Shown here one piece after another: positions 29,556 to 39,657 of a stretch of DNA of 64,000 nucleotides. The stretch comes from an uncultured Actinomycetota bacterium (lineage in GTDB: Bacteria; Actinomycetota; Actinomycetes; JAFAQI01): positions 896,001 through 960,000 of the forward strand of contig CAVYQE010000001.1 of the NCBI GenBank assembly GCA_963770565.1. The letters run 5' to 3'. Position 1 is the stretch's first letter, and the number at the start of each line of letters is the position of its first letter. Position numbers and translations under genes: made by a program. The notes under the pieces were generated by a model that worked only from the letters and a program-made list of their open reading frames with translations, ran no database searches and was not told the origin of the DNA.

Positions 29556-29885
29556 ATGCAACGGACCTCCCTTGATGCTTTGGCGAGACAACAACTCGAA
29601 CTCGCCGCGACTCACGGCGGTCGTGCCGCCGACACCGTGGTAGGTGGGCACGAACGAGTGCTGCGCCAGACCGTCATCGCGTTGATCGACGGCACCGAGA
29701 TGGGCGAGCACGACAACCCCGGAGAAGCGACGGTGCACGTGTTGCGGGGCCGGGTCCGGCTCTCGTGTGGGGATGATTCGTGGGAGGGCAGCAAAGGCGA
29801 CCTGATCGAGGTCCCGCACGCCCGTCACAGCGTGCGCGCATTGGAGGACTCGGCGATCCTGCTCACCGTGGCCAAGATTCCCTGA
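29556..29885 (+). CDS. Cupin domain protein
   Basis: LRQTVIAL, EHDNPGEATVHVLRG, RHSVRALEDSAILLTVAK. Confidence 0.9.
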   Translation: MQRTSLDALARQQLELAATHGGRAADTVVGGHERVLRQTVIALIDGTEMGEHDNPGEATVHVLRGRVRLSCGDDSWEGSKGDLIEVPHARHSVRALEDSAILLTVAKIP

Positions 29886-30094
29886 CCAGAGCGCAGCAGA
29901 CGGGTGCATGACGCGGCGGATTGTTTCGTCGCAAAGGCCCTTCGGCGGGACTTCTGACCCTGTCCGGTGGTCGGCAAGGCGCCTACCGTCGCCTTCGACC
30001 ATCAGGGTGGTGCGCCAGGCATGGTGGGTACCCGGAAGCCACCGACAAGGGTCCTGAGCGGACATGTCGTCCTGAGCGGTGGAGGCGCAGCCTG

Positions 30095-32731
30095 ATGAGA
30101 AGGTCTTGGCTCCGATTGTCCGCCGGGCTCGCGATCCTGGTTGCGGCCGCGGCTATGTCGGCGGCGAGCGCTTCCGGCAGCCCAGACCCGGCAGCACGCG
30201 GGGTCGACCTCGTTGCTGCCACGGTCTCGCCGTTGTCGTGGTCTCCACCGTCGATGGTCGACCATCACCCGCCGTTCGGCGGTTCGGCTGCCTATGGCGG
30301 CGTGTCGTGCCCGAGCGCCTCGCTTTGCGTCACCGTCGGGTACGACAGCGATGGCGATGGCTTCATCGCGACTACTACCGACCCGACCAGCGGAGCGGCT
30401 TCCTGGCACGTTGTCGACCAGATCGCCGACGGCAGCCTGCTGTTCGCGGTCTCGTGTCCGTCGGTGTCGCTGTGCGTCGCCATCGATGTCGCGGGTGATG
30501 TGATCACGTCGACCGACCCGACCGGCGGCGCCGGTGCCTGGACGGTCACCACGATCGACGGCGTCTTCCTCGACAGCGTCTCCTGCCCGACGGTGTCGCT
30601 CTGTGTCGTCGGCGACAACAGCGGCAACGCCATCACCTCGACCGACCCGACCGGCGGCGCCGGTGCCTGGACGACGAGCAACGTCGGCCATCTGCTCCTC
30701 GGAATCTCCTGCCCGTCGGCGTCGCTCTGCGTCGCCGCGGATAACGCCGGCAACGTGGTCACCTCGACCAACCCGACCGGCGGCGCGGGTTCCTGGACCG
30801 CTGCACACGTCGATGCCGGTGTCCCGAACCACGCCATCTATTCGGTCTCGTGTGCCTCAGCGCTGCTGTGCGTCGCGGCCGATGACGCCGGCAACGTCAT
30901 CACGTCGACGAACCCGACCGGCGGTGCCGGTGCCTGGACGGCGGTCAATATCGATGCCTCGACCTGGTTCCAGGCCAGCGTCTCGTGTCCCTCGGTGTCG
31001 CTATGCGTCGTGGCGAACGGGGCCGGATCGATCTTCACCTCGACCAGCCCGACCGGCGGCGCGGCGGCTTGGACTGCGGCCGATGTCTCAGTGTCGTCGG
31101 TGACGTGTCCGTCCGCCTCCCTGTGCGTCGCGACGTCAGGCGGCGACATCGGGGTATCAACAGATCCCACCGGTGGTTCGCTGGCCTGGGCCTCGTCCCA
31201 CCTCGGCGACGGCGTCAGCGCGTTTGCCGGCGTCTCATGTCCCTCCGTGTCGCTGTGTGTGGCCGTCGACAGCTCGGGCAACGTGCTGACCTCGACCGAC
31301 CCACCCAGTGGCTCGTGGAGCTTCACCCACGTCGATGGCGACGTCGAGAGCCCGGTCGGCTTCGCGGCCGTGTCATGCCCGTCGGCGTCCCTGTGCGTGG
31401 TCGTCGACAGCGCCGGCAACGTGCTCACCTCGACCGATCCGACCGCGGGTGTCGGCGCGTGGACCGCGGCCCAGGTCGACGCGCCGCACGCGCTCTGGTC
31501 CGTCTCCTGCGCGTCGACGTCGCTCTGCGTGGCAGGCGACGGCGTCGGCGACGTGATCACCTCGACCAACCCGACCGGTGGGGTCGCCGCGTGGACGGTG
31601 ACGCACGTCGACAGCGCAACCGCTGGCTTGAACTACCTGTCGGGCGTCTCGTGTCCGTCGGCGTCGCTGTGCGTCGCTGTCGATGGCGCGGGAAATGCCC
31701 TCATCTCCAGCAACCCGACCGGCGGCGCTGGAGCATGGCCGCACGAGAGCGTTGCCGGCGCCGGCCTGCTCGGGATCTCGTGTCCATCCCCGTCGCTCTG
31801 CGTCGCCGTCGGCTATGCGGGCACCGTCGTCACGATTACCGGTACGAGCGTGAGTTCGGCCACGATCGACGGCAGCGCCCAGTTGTCTGACGTCTCGTGC
31901 GCTTCCGCCGTGCTGTGCGTCGGCGTCGATTCCAGTGGTGGGGTGGTGGCCTCGAGCGACCCGATCGGAGGAGCGACCACGTGGACGCCGACGACGGTCG
32001 ACTCGGCCACGCCGCTGACCGCCGTGTCATGCCCGACGACCTCGCTGTGCGTAGTCGGGGACGGCGTCGGAAACGCCCTGGTCGGGACGTTCGTCCAGCC
32101 CGCACCCACCAACATCGGACGCCCGGTGATCTCGGGGTCGCCCCGACTCGGCAAGACGCTCAGCTGCTCGAACGGCACGTGGGAGTCGGCACCGACCGGC
32201 TACACCCGCCAGTGGTTCCGCAATGGTGCCGCGATCGGCGGCGCCACCGGGAGCGCGCACACCGTGATCGCCGCCGATCTGCAGCGCTCGCTGACCTGCG
32301 GCGTGACTGCCTCGAACGCGGGTGGCTCGAGCGCACCCGCGACGAGTGCCGCGGTGATCGTCCGGGCGACTACCGCACTCACCGCCACCGAGACCGGCAA
32401 GGCCGGAGGCGATCGCTCCTGCGGTGGCTCGCCCAGCCGCGCGTGCCGCGACCACAGGCGGTCGACCGTCTACTTTGCCGGTACGGCGCGCCCGCTCCCC
32501 ATCCCGGCCCGAAGCCGGGCGCTGATGCTTCGCTTCTACCGCCGCGCCGACGGCGCGTGGCAGCTCAAGGCGACCGCCACCGTCCGGGCCGCGCGCACGA
32601 ACGGCGCATGGCGAATCGCGAAGTCGGGTGTCACCTCGCTCAAGGGCAGCTGGCGGGTCAGGGTCAGCGCCGCAGCGACCGCGACGCTTACGTCCGCGGC
32701 CGGCGGCTACCGCTACTACTCGGTGTCCTAG
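30095..32731 (+). CDS. Secreted protein with 14 SCPSxxLCV repeats (probable double beta-propeller) plus Ig-like and basic C-terminal domains
   Basis: GGAGG RBS and signal peptide. 14 copies of [VI]SCP[ST]xSLCVxxD..G....ST.PTGG..AW, then PVISG..LGKTLSCSNGTW...QWFRNG...LTCGVTASN. Confidence 0.88.
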   Translation: MRRSWLRLSAGLAILVAAAAMSAASASGSPDPAARGVDLVAATVSPLSWSPPSMVDHHPPFGGSAAYGGVSCPSASLCVTVGYDSDGDGFIATTTDPTSGAASWHVVDQIADGSLLFAVSCPSVSLCVAIDVAGDVITSTDPTGGAGAWTVTTIDGVFLDSVSCPTVSLCVVGDNSGNAITSTDPTGGAGAWTTSNVGHLLLGISCPSASLCVAADNAGNVVTSTNPTGGAGSWTAAHVDAGVPNHAIYSVSCASALLCVAADDAGNVITSTNPTGGAGAWTAVNIDASTWFQASVSCPSVSLCVVANGAGSIFTSTSPTGGAAAWTAADVSVSSVTCPSASLCVATSGGDIGVSTDPTGGSLAWASSHLGDGVSAFAGVSCPSVSLCVAVDSSGNVLTSTDPPSGSWSFTHVDGDVESPVGFAAVSCPSASLCVVVDSAGNVLTSTDPTAGVGAWTAAQVDAPHALWSVSCASTSLCVAGDGVGDVITSTNPTGGVAAWTVTHVDSATAGLNYLSGVSCPSASLCVAVDGAGNALISSNPTGGAGAWPHESVAGAGLLGISCPSPSLCVAVGYAGTVVTITGTSVSSATIDGSAQLSDVSCASAVLCVGVDSSGGVVASSDPIGGATTWTPTTVDSATPLTAVSCPTTSLCVVGDGVGNALVGTFVQPAPTNIGRPVISGSPRLGKTLSCSNGTWESAPTGYTRQWFRNGAAIGGATGSAHTVIAADLQRSLTCGVTASNAGGSSAPATSAAVIVRATTALTATETGKAGGDRSCGGSPSRACRDHRRSTVYFAGTARPLPIPARSRALMLRFYRRADGAWQLKATATVRAARTNGAWRIAKSGVTSLKGSWRVRVSAAATATLTSAAGGYRYYSVS

Positions 32732-32734
32732 CAG

Positions 32735-33817
32735 TCAGGCGATCCGGACCCCGGAGTCCGGGTCGAAGACGTGCTCGGCGGCCCCACGCGCCGACACGTA
32801 GACGACCTCGCCCAGCCGTGGCTCGTACCGGCCGTCGACCCGCACATTGAACGGCGCCTCCTGGGCGGGATCGTCACCCGGCAACCGGCCGTGGACGTAG
32901 GAGTCGGCACCGAGCTGCTCGACGAGCGTGACCTCCATTGGCATCGCCCCCGGGGTGTCCGGAGTCACGACCTCGACCGCCTCGGGCCGAAGGCCCACGA
33001 TGACCTCCGACCGACCGGCCGACTCCACCGACAGGGGGAGTACGACCTCGCCCAGCCGGATGCCGGCGTCCGTCACACCGACCCGGCGCAGGTTCATCGC
33101 CGGCGACCCGATGAAGCCCGCAACGAAGACATTCGCGGGCCGGTCATAGAGCGCCCTCGGCGTGTCCACCTGCTGCAGGATGCCTTCTTTGAGCAACGCG
33201 ACGCGGTGACCCATCGTCATCGCCTCGATCTGGTCGTGGGTCACATAGACGGTCGTCGTCCCCAGGCGGGCCTGCAGCGCCGCGATGTGGGCACGCGTCT
33301 CAACCCGCAGCTTCGCATCGAGGTTGGACAGCGGCTCGTCCATTAGGAACACGCTCGGCTCGCGGACGATGGCCCGGCCCATCGCGACCCGCTGTCGCTG
33401 TCCGCCGGACAATGCCTTGGGCCTGCGATTGAGATACGGCACGAGATCGAGCAGCTCGGCGGCCTCACGGACCTTCGTGATCCGTTCCGCCCTCGGGATT
33501 CCCTTGAGCTTGAGCGCGAAGGCCATGTTGTCCGCGACCGAGAGGTGCGGATAGAGCGCGTAGTTCTGGAACACCATGGCGATGTCCCGATCCCTAGGGG
33601 CGTACCGCGACACGTCCTTGTCCCCGATGTGGACCTCGCCGTCGTCGAGGTCCTCGAGGCCGGCGAGGACCCGAAGCGCGGTCGACTTGCCCGACCCGGA
33701 CGGACCGACCAGCACCATGAACTCGCCGTCCTCGATGTCGAGGTCCAGGGCGTTGAGTGCGGGAACCGTGCTGCCGGGATAGATCCGGGTGGCCCGAACG
33801 AAACTGACCGCCGCCAT
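32735..33817 (-). CDS. Sugar ABC transporter ATP-binding protein (MsiK/UgpC-like)
   Basis: GPSGSGKS, FQNYALYPH, LSGGQRQR, DEPLSNLDAKLR, FVAGFIGSP. Confidence 0.96.
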   Translation of the reverse strand: MAAVSFVRATRIYPGSTVPALNALDLDIEDGEFMVLVGPSGSGKSTALRVLAGLEDLDDGEVHIGDKDVSRYAPRDRDIAMVFQNYALYPHLSVADNMAFALKLKGIPRAERITKVREAAELLDLVPYLNRRPKALSGGQRQRVAMGRAIVREPSVFLMDEPLSNLDAKLRVETRAHIAALQARLGTTTVYVTHDQIEAMTMGHRVALLKEGILQQVDTPRALYDRPANVFVAGFIGSPAMNLRRVGVTDAGIRLGEVVLPLSVESAGRSEVIVGLRPEAVEVVTPDTPGAMPMEVTLVEQLGADSYVHGRLPGDDPAQEAPFNVRVDGRYEPRLGEVVYVSARGAAEHVFDPDSGVRIA

Positions 33818-34674
33818 CAGCGGGTCGGCCCCGAGACGACCATGAGCAGGTCGCGCACCGTTGTCGCGATCTCCTCCCGTGCCTCGACGAGGTAGCGACG
33901 TGGGTCGACCGTCGACGTGTCACGGTCGAGAAAGGAGCGAACGGCCCGGGTCATTGCGATGTTCAAGGCTGTTCCGATGTTGACCTTCGTGATGCCGGCC
34001 AGCACGGCGTCACGCAGGACCTGATCGGAGACGCCGGACGATCCGTGCAGCACGAGTGGCACAGGGAGCCGGGCCCGCAGCAGTTCGATGAGCGGCAGGT
34101 CCAGCTGGGCCGATCGGGAGGTCATTGCGTGCGAACTTCCCACCGCGACCGCCAGTGCGTCCACTCCGGTCTGTGCCACGAACTCCGCCGCCTCGTCCGG
34201 ATCCGTCCGCACCCCGGGGTCGTGGGCGCTCTGCGGAGCGTCCGGTTTGCCACCGACGTATCCGAGCTCCCCTTCCACCCACAATCCGGCAGCCCGCGCC
34301 ACGTCGCCGGCTCGGCGCGTGGCGGCCACGTTGTCCGGGTGGCTCAGCGCGGCGCCGTCGTACATCACCGAGCTGAAGCCGGTGGCGGCGGCCTGGTCGA
34401 CGAGCGGCTGGTCAGTGACATGGTCGAGGTGCAGCGACATGGGTACGCCGGCCAGGCGGGCCACGGCTGCGGTCGCGGCACTGATCGGCGCCATCTGCCC
34501 GCCGTGGAACTTCACCGCGTTCTGGCTGATTGCGAGGATCACCGGCAGCCCGGCTTGGTCCGCGCCGGCTGCGATAGCCTCGGCATGCTCGAGGGTGATG
34601 ACGTTCATGGCGGCGACGGCGCCGCCACGGTGGACCGCCGCTGCGACGAGCTCGGCCGTACTGACCAGCGTCAT
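33817..34674 (-). CDS. Class II fructose/tagatose-bisphosphate aldolase
   Basis: LHLDH, SVMYD, VEGELG, AVGSSH, LVLHGSSG, KVNIGT. Confidence 0.95.
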   Translation of the reverse strand: MTLVSTAELVAAAVHRGGAVAAMNVITLEHAEAIAAGADQAGLPVILAISQNAVKFHGGQMAPISAATAAVARLAGVPMSLHLDHVTDQPLVDQAAATGFSSVMYDGAALSHPDNVAATRRAGDVARAAGLWVEGELGYVGGKPDAPQSAHDPGVRTDPDEAAEFVAQTGVDALAVAVGSSHAMTSRSAQLDLPLIELLRARLPVPLVLHGSSGVSDQVLRDAVLAGITKVNIGTALNIAMTRAVRSFLDRDTSTVDPRRYLVEAREEIATTVRDLLMVVSGPTR

Positions 34675-35591
34675 CGGCGGACCCCATCCAAGCTCTCGAC
34701 GACGACACCCGCCGCTTCTCGTTGGTAGTCCTCGACATCGAGTTCGCCGGCCGACGGCGCGAGCACCGCGGCTGCGCCCAGCGCGACACAGTCCGCCAGC
34801 AGCGGTTCGAGTGCGGTCCCGGCTCGTAGCCCGCGGGCGAGACCGGCGACGACCGCATCTCCGGCACCGGTCGGGTTGCCTGACAACGCGCGGGCCGGCC
34901 GGGCCCGCCAGGCCGACTCCCCGTCGACCGCGATCAGGCCCTCAGCGCCGTGTGACGCGACCACGGTGACCTCCCAGCGCGCCGCGAGCGACCTTGCAGC
35001 GCGCACTGGATCGTCCTCGTGCGTGCTCTCGCGCAGCTCGTTCAGGTTCGGTTTCACGATCGACGGCCGTGCTTCGAGCGCGGCCGGCAGCGCCGGTCCG
35101 CTGGTGTCGAGGACGACTGGTCGCTCGTTCGCCCGGGCCAGCCAGGTGAGCTGCGCAAAGGCATCGAGTGGCACACCCGCGGGCAGGTGACCGCTGACCA
35201 CCACCACCTCCGCGACCGGGATCAGTGCCTCGAATGCGGCGAGGAAACGCGGCCAATCCTCGAGCATCGCTGGTTCGTTGAGCATCGTGACCTCGGAAGT
35301 CACCCGGTCCACGATCGCGACGGTTCGACGGGTCGACGCGGTCGACGGGACCAGCTCGAGGGGGATGCCGTCACGACCGAGGCTCGCCACGAGGTCGGCG
35401 CCGCTGTCGCCACCGGCCGTGGTGAGCAGGTGGACGTCCTCACCAAGAGCGTGCAGGACCCGCGCGACGTTGATCGCCTTGCCACCCGGTCGCTCGACGA
35501 CGTCGCGAACCCGGTTGGTCTCGCCCACCGCCAGCCGGTCGACGCGGTAGGTGAGATCCAACGCCGGGCTGGCGCAGATGCACAGGATCAT
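34671..35591 (-). CDS. 1-phosphofructokinase/tagatose-6-phosphate kinase family
   Basis: SPALD, GGKAINVAR, NEP, VKPN..EL, NPTGAGD. Confidence 0.93.
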   Translation of the reverse strand: MILCICASPALDLTYRVDRLAVGETNRVRDVVERPGGKAINVARVLHALGEDVHLLTTAGGDSGADLVASLGRDGIPLELVPSTASTRRTVAIVDRVTSEVTMLNEPAMLEDWPRFLAAFEALIPVAEVVVVSGHLPAGVPLDAFAQLTWLARANERPVVLDTSGPALPAALEARPSIVKPNLNELRESTHEDDPVRAARSLAARWEVTVVASHGAEGLIAVDGESAWRARPARALSGNPTGAGDAVVAGLARGLRAGTALEPLLADCVALGAAAVLAPSAGELDVEDYQREAAGVVVESLDGVRR

Positions 35592-36496
35592 TGCGTGCGC
35601 TCGGCCCCACTGAGGACGACCGACCGGGTCAGGCTCCTGGGCCGATCCGGGTCGAGGCCCTGCCGCTCGGCGAGCCGCACGCTGAGCAACTGGACCCGGA
35701 TCAGGTCGGCCACGGGATCGAGATCACCATTGACGATTGTGGCGCCGGTGGCGGCGACGTCATCGAGCAGACCCGGCACCGGCGTTCCGAAGATCCATAC
35801 CACCCGGCCCGGCTCGGCAATCGAGATCGGACCGTGGCGGTACTCCATCTGTGGATAGCTCTCGGTCCACGCGCGCGCGGCTTCGCGCATCTTCAGCGCC
35901 GCCTCGCTCGCGACCCCGGCGGCCCAGCCCTGGCCGACGAACGAGAACTGGCCAGCGTCATCGACGGCCGGGTCGACCAGGTGAGCGCCGCCGAGGACCT
36001 GCGCCGCCTGTGCTGTCACGGGCTCGACCGGTTCACCGAGTGACGCGCGCAGGAGCATCAACGTGGTCGTGGCAAAGACGGTCTGGACGACGGACTGCTC
36101 GTCGGCAAAGTCGAGGACGATTGCATTCGTGGCTGCCGCCGCCACTGGGCTGTCGGGTGCGGCGGTGATCGCAGTCACCGGGGACGCCGTACCGCTGATC
36201 GCCTGCATCACCTCGGTGGTCGTGCCGGATCGGGAGATCGCGACGACCCGGTCGTAGTGGCGACCGGTCGGGAACTGACTGGCCGCAAACGCATCGGTCT
36301 CGCCCGCGCCGGAAGCCTCGCGGCGCGCGGCGTATGCGGCGGCCATGAACCAGGACGTCCCGCAGCCGACGACTGCGACGCGTTCACCCGGCTCGGGCAA
36401 CCGGCCGGCGAACTCGGCGAGCCGACCCTGTGCCTCGGCCCACGCTTGCGGTTGCCTGGCGATCTCCTGGCTGACGTATGACGTATCGCTGCTCAT
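35588..36496 (-). CDS. Double SIS-domain amino-sugar-phosphate isomerase/deaminase (AgaS/GlmS-like)
   Basis: EIARQP, GCGTSW, ISRSGTTTE, EQSVVQT, EAALKMRE, EYRHGP, PDRPRSLTRSV. Confidence 0.9.
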   Translation of the reverse strand: MSSDTSYVSQEIARQPQAWAEAQGRLAEFAGRLPEPGERVAVVGCGTSWFMAAAYAARREASGAGETDAFAASQFPTGRHYDRVVAISRSGTTTEVMQAISGTASPVTAITAAPDSPVAAAATNAIVLDFADEQSVVQTVFATTTLMLLRASLGEPVEPVTAQAAQVLGGAHLVDPAVDDAGQFSFVGQGWAAGVASEAALKMREAARAWTESYPQMEYRHGPISIAEPGRVVWIFGTPVPGLLDDVAATGATIVNGDLDPVADLIRVQLLSVRLAERQGLDPDRPRSLTRSVVLSGAERTQ

Positions 36497-37461
36497 CGTG
36501 TCCTTCGATCCTTGGCCAGTTGATCCAGAGTGGGTTGTCCCGCGGTGCCGCCGACGGCACCGACCGACCGGGCACCTGCAGTGACGCCGCGGCGCAGGCA
36601 TTCGGCAATCGAGAGCGCCTGCAACCAGGCGTCGAGGAACGCGGCGTTGAAACTGTCACCGGCTCCGGTCGCGTCGACCACCTCGACCGGCACTCCGGGA
36701 TCGATCACCGTCTCGCCTTCGCTGTTCATCGCGCGAGCGCCGTCCGGCCCGTCCTTGACGACGACCAGCGGCACACATGCCGCGAGCACCCGGCAGGCGT
36801 CATCCAGGTCCGACACCTCTGCCCCGGTCGCGCGCGCGATTGCGATTGCCTCGCTTCGGTTGGGAAGCAAGAGGTCGAGATGAGGCAGCAGCGCCTGGAC
36901 CCCGGCCCAGTCGGCCGCCGGGTCGTCGTTGGTGTCCAGCGACGTCGTGATGCCGGCCGCCCTGATCTCGGTGAGCACCGCCGGAAGCTGCGCGGTCAGC
37001 GTCGGCTGCAGGAACAGCGCACAGACGTGCACGTGGCGCAACCCGGCCGGCGTCATGCGCGCGACCGCGGCCCGGACGTCGTCGGCGCTCAAGGTCGGAA
37101 TCGTGCCGGGCAGCGTGAGGATCGCCCGGTCGGAGCCGGTGGAGAGTACGACGGTCAACCCGCTCGGCTCATCGCTACGAACCACCAGGTCGCTGGTGTC
37201 CACCCCGGCGGCGCGAAGAGCGTCGCCGACCACGGCACCGAACGGGTCGGCACCGATCGCGGCCACCACCGCCACCGGTCGGCCGAGCCGGGCGAAGCCG
37301 TGCGCGGTGATACCGGCCGATCCTCCGATCACGAGCGCCGCCGTACTCAGCAGTTGCTCCGCCTGGCCGAAGCGCGGGACGACGTCGCCGCACAGGACGA
37401 GGTCGGGGTTCACGTCGCCAACCACCAGCACCGGCGCGGCGCTGCCATCGGCGTCGACCAT
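36493..37461 (-). CDS. PfkB-family carbohydrate kinase
   Basis: VVGDVNPD, IGGSAG, LPNRSE, VKDGPDG, DATGAGDSFNAAF. Confidence 0.93.
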   Translation of the reverse strand: MVDADGSAAPVLVVGDVNPDLVLCGDVVPRFGQAEQLLSTAALVIGGSAGITAHGFARLGRPVAVVAAIGADPFGAVVGDALRAAGVDTSDLVVRSDEPSGLTVVLSTGSDRAILTLPGTIPTLSADDVRAAVARMTPAGLRHVHVCALFLQPTLTAQLPAVLTEIRAAGITTSLDTNDDPAADWAGVQALLPHLDLLLPNRSEAIAIARATGAEVSDLDDACRVLAACVPLVVVKDGPDGARAMNSEGETVIDPGVPVEVVDATGAGDSFNAAFLDAWLQALSIAECLRRGVTAGARSVGAVGGTAGQPTLDQLAKDRRTR

Positions 37462-37558
37462 GGGCGCATTCTGGCCCGACCTGCGCGGTCTGTCCAGAAC
37501 TGTGCAGGAATCCTGTCCGGTCTTGCTCGTTTTGCTCGGCCCGTGTCATGCTCGCCGG

Positions 37559-38875
37559 ATGACCACCGTGTGCTTCGTCGGGGCCGGTTCGGCGGAGTTC
37601 ACCCGGCAGCTGCTGCGCGACCTCCTGACCTACGACGACCTCGGCCCGCTCACGCTCGTCATGCACGACATCGAGCCGCGTCGGGTCGAGCTGGCCGAGG
37701 GCCTGGCGCGGATCGCGGTCGAGCGGCACGGCCGCGAGGCGACGATCCGGACCTCGCTCGACCGCGCAGAAGCGGTAGCGGGGGCCGACTTCGTGATCAA
37801 CGCGGTGAGCATCGGCGGTCATGCGGCCACCGTGACCGACTTCGAGGTGCCGGCCCGTTTCGGTTTGCGTCAGACCATCGCCGACACGCTCGGCGTCGGT
37901 GGTGTCTTCCGCGGGCTGCGCACCTTCGGGTTCCTCGACGGGCTCGGCCAGGACATGCTCGCCGAATGCCCGGACGCGTGGTTGCTCAACTACACCAACC
38001 CGATGTCCATGAACGTCACGTACCTGCACCGTCGCCATCCCGGCCTGAAGGTGCTCGGCCTTTGCCACTCGGTCTATTGGACGGTGCACGACCTCAGCGC
38101 CCTCGTCGGCGCACCCCTCGACGAGGTCACGTTCCACAGCGCCGGGGTGAACCACCAGGCCTGGGTGCTGCGGTGGGAGCGCAACGGCAAGGATCTCTAT
38201 CCGGAGCTGGACCGGCTGATCGCCGCCGATCCGGAGCTGCGCCGCAGGGTTCGGGTGGACATGTATCGCCGACTCGGCTTCTACCCGACCGAGACCAGCG
38301 AGCACTCCTCCGAGTACGTCCCCTGGTACCTGCACGACCCCCACGAGGTCGAACGGCTGCGGATCCCGATCAATGACTACGTCCGGATCAGTGCTGCCAA
38401 CCTGGCCGAGATCGAGGCGCTGATCCCGCAGGTGGCGGCGGGCATCTACACCGAGCCCGAGGAAGAGGCGGCGGAGTACGCCCCCGAGGTGATCCACAGC
38501 ATGGTCACCGGGTCGGCGCGCACGATCCAGGCGACCGTGGCCAACACCGGTCTGATCTCCAATCTGCCGCCGAACGTCGCCGTCGAGGTGCCCTGCGTGA
38601 TCGACGCCTCGGGCGCTCAACCGGCTTCGGTCGGCGACCTCCCGGCCCAGTGCGCCGCGCTGAACCGGGCCTTCCTGTCGGTCGTCGACCTGACCGTGCA
38701 GGCGGCGATCGAGTTGCGTCCGGATCACATTCGCCACGCGATGATGGCCGACCCGAACACTGCGGCCAGCCTGTCCGTCGAAACGATCTGGCGGCTCGCC
38801 GACGAGATGGTCGCCGCGCACGCCGATCGGCTGCCGGAGCCGCTCCGAGCGCGGCTCGGCGAGCCGGCGCTCTAG
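37559..38875 (+). CDS. GH4 NAD+-dependent alpha-galactosidase-like glycosidase
   Basis: FVGAGSAEF, QTIADTLGVGG, LNYTNP, GLCHS, GVNH, TETSEH..EY.PW. Confidence 0.93.
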   Translation: MTTVCFVGAGSAEFTRQLLRDLLTYDDLGPLTLVMHDIEPRRVELAEGLARIAVERHGREATIRTSLDRAEAVAGADFVINAVSIGGHAATVTDFEVPARFGLRQTIADTLGVGGVFRGLRTFGFLDGLGQDMLAECPDAWLLNYTNPMSMNVTYLHRRHPGLKVLGLCHSVYWTVHDLSALVGAPLDEVTFHSAGVNHQAWVLRWERNGKDLYPELDRLIAADPELRRRVRVDMYRRLGFYPTETSEHSSEYVPWYLHDPHEVERLRIPINDYVRISAANLAEIEALIPQVAAGIYTEPEEEAAEYAPEVIHSMVTGSARTIQATVANTGLISNLPPNVAVEVPCVIDASGAQPASVGDLPAQCAALNRAFLSVVDLTVQAAIELRPDHIRHAMMADPNTAASLSVETIWRLADEMVAAHADRLPEPLRARLGEPAL

Positions 38876-39657
38876 TGTCCTGCGTCGGGTGCGACGTTGA
38901 CCACGTGCACCGTCGGACCCAGCCGTTCGAGGGCCTCGATGTCCGCGGTGGATGCCTCGGAGTCGGTCACGATGTCGGACGCGGAGGAGATATCAATGAT
39001 CTTGGCAAAGCCACGCTTGCCGATCTTGCTGGAGTCCGCGACGACGATGACGCGCTCCGCGGTGCGCAGCAGCGCTCGGTTGGTATGCGCCTCCACCTCG
39101 TGATGAGTGGTGAAGCCGGCCGTCACGCTCACGCCGTCGACCCCGACGATCGCGACGTCGACATTGATGTTGGACAGGGTCAGCTCGGCGAGCGGGCCGA
39201 CCAGCTCGTAGGACTCGCTCCGCGCGCTGCCGCCGCACACGACGAGCTCGATGTTGAGCCGGACCGCCAGCTCGGAGGCGATGTTGAGGGCGCTGGTGAC
39301 CACGCGCAGGCCCGGCCGCGCGGCCAGCGCCCGCGCCACTTCGGTGGTCGTCGATCCGCCGTTGATCCCGACCGACCGGACGTCGGAGGAGATCAGCTGC
39401 GCGGTCCGCAGCGCGATCGCCCGCTTCGCGTCGTAGCGCTGTCCGCCGCGATAGCGCATCGGCAGTTCGTAGAGCACGCCCGACGCGACCGCACCGCCGT
39501 GCGTCCGGGTCAGGAGTTGCTGCTGCTCGAGCAGGTGAAGGTCGCGGCGTACCGATGCTTGCGAGAGGTTCAGCTTCTGGGCGAGCTCGACCACACCCAC
39601 CGATCCGGTCTCGTTGAGCTGCCGCAGGATCACACCCAGGCGATCTTCTCTGCGCAT
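38872..39657 (-). CDS. DeoR/AgaR-family transcriptional regulator
   Basis: SQASVRRDL, RTHGGA, GGSTT, EAHTNR, VADSSK. Confidence 0.95.
   Translation of the reverse strand: MRREDRLGVILRQLNETGSVGVVELAQKLNLSQASVRRDLHLLEQQQLLTRTHGGAVASGVLYELPMRYRGGQRYDAKRAIALRTAQLISSDVRSVGINGGSTTTEVARALAARPGLRVVTSALNIASELAVRLNIELVVCGGSARSESYELVGPLAELTLSNINVDVAIVGVDGVSVTAGFTTHHEVEAHTNRALLRTAERVIVVADSSKIGKRGFAKIIDISSASDIVTDSEASTADIEALERLGPTVHVVNVAPDAGH

Noticed and set aside
29925-29960. GCAAAGGCCCTTCGGCGGGAC resembling a c-di-GMP-I riboswitch
   Set aside because: The GGCAAAC...GAAA...GACGCAAA order and second stem of the consensus are not present.
30280-32080. Regularly spaced DNA repeats (also 61-4400) as CRISPR or VNTR arrays
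   Set aside because: They are in-frame protein repeats with synonymous variation, no unique spacers and no cas genes.
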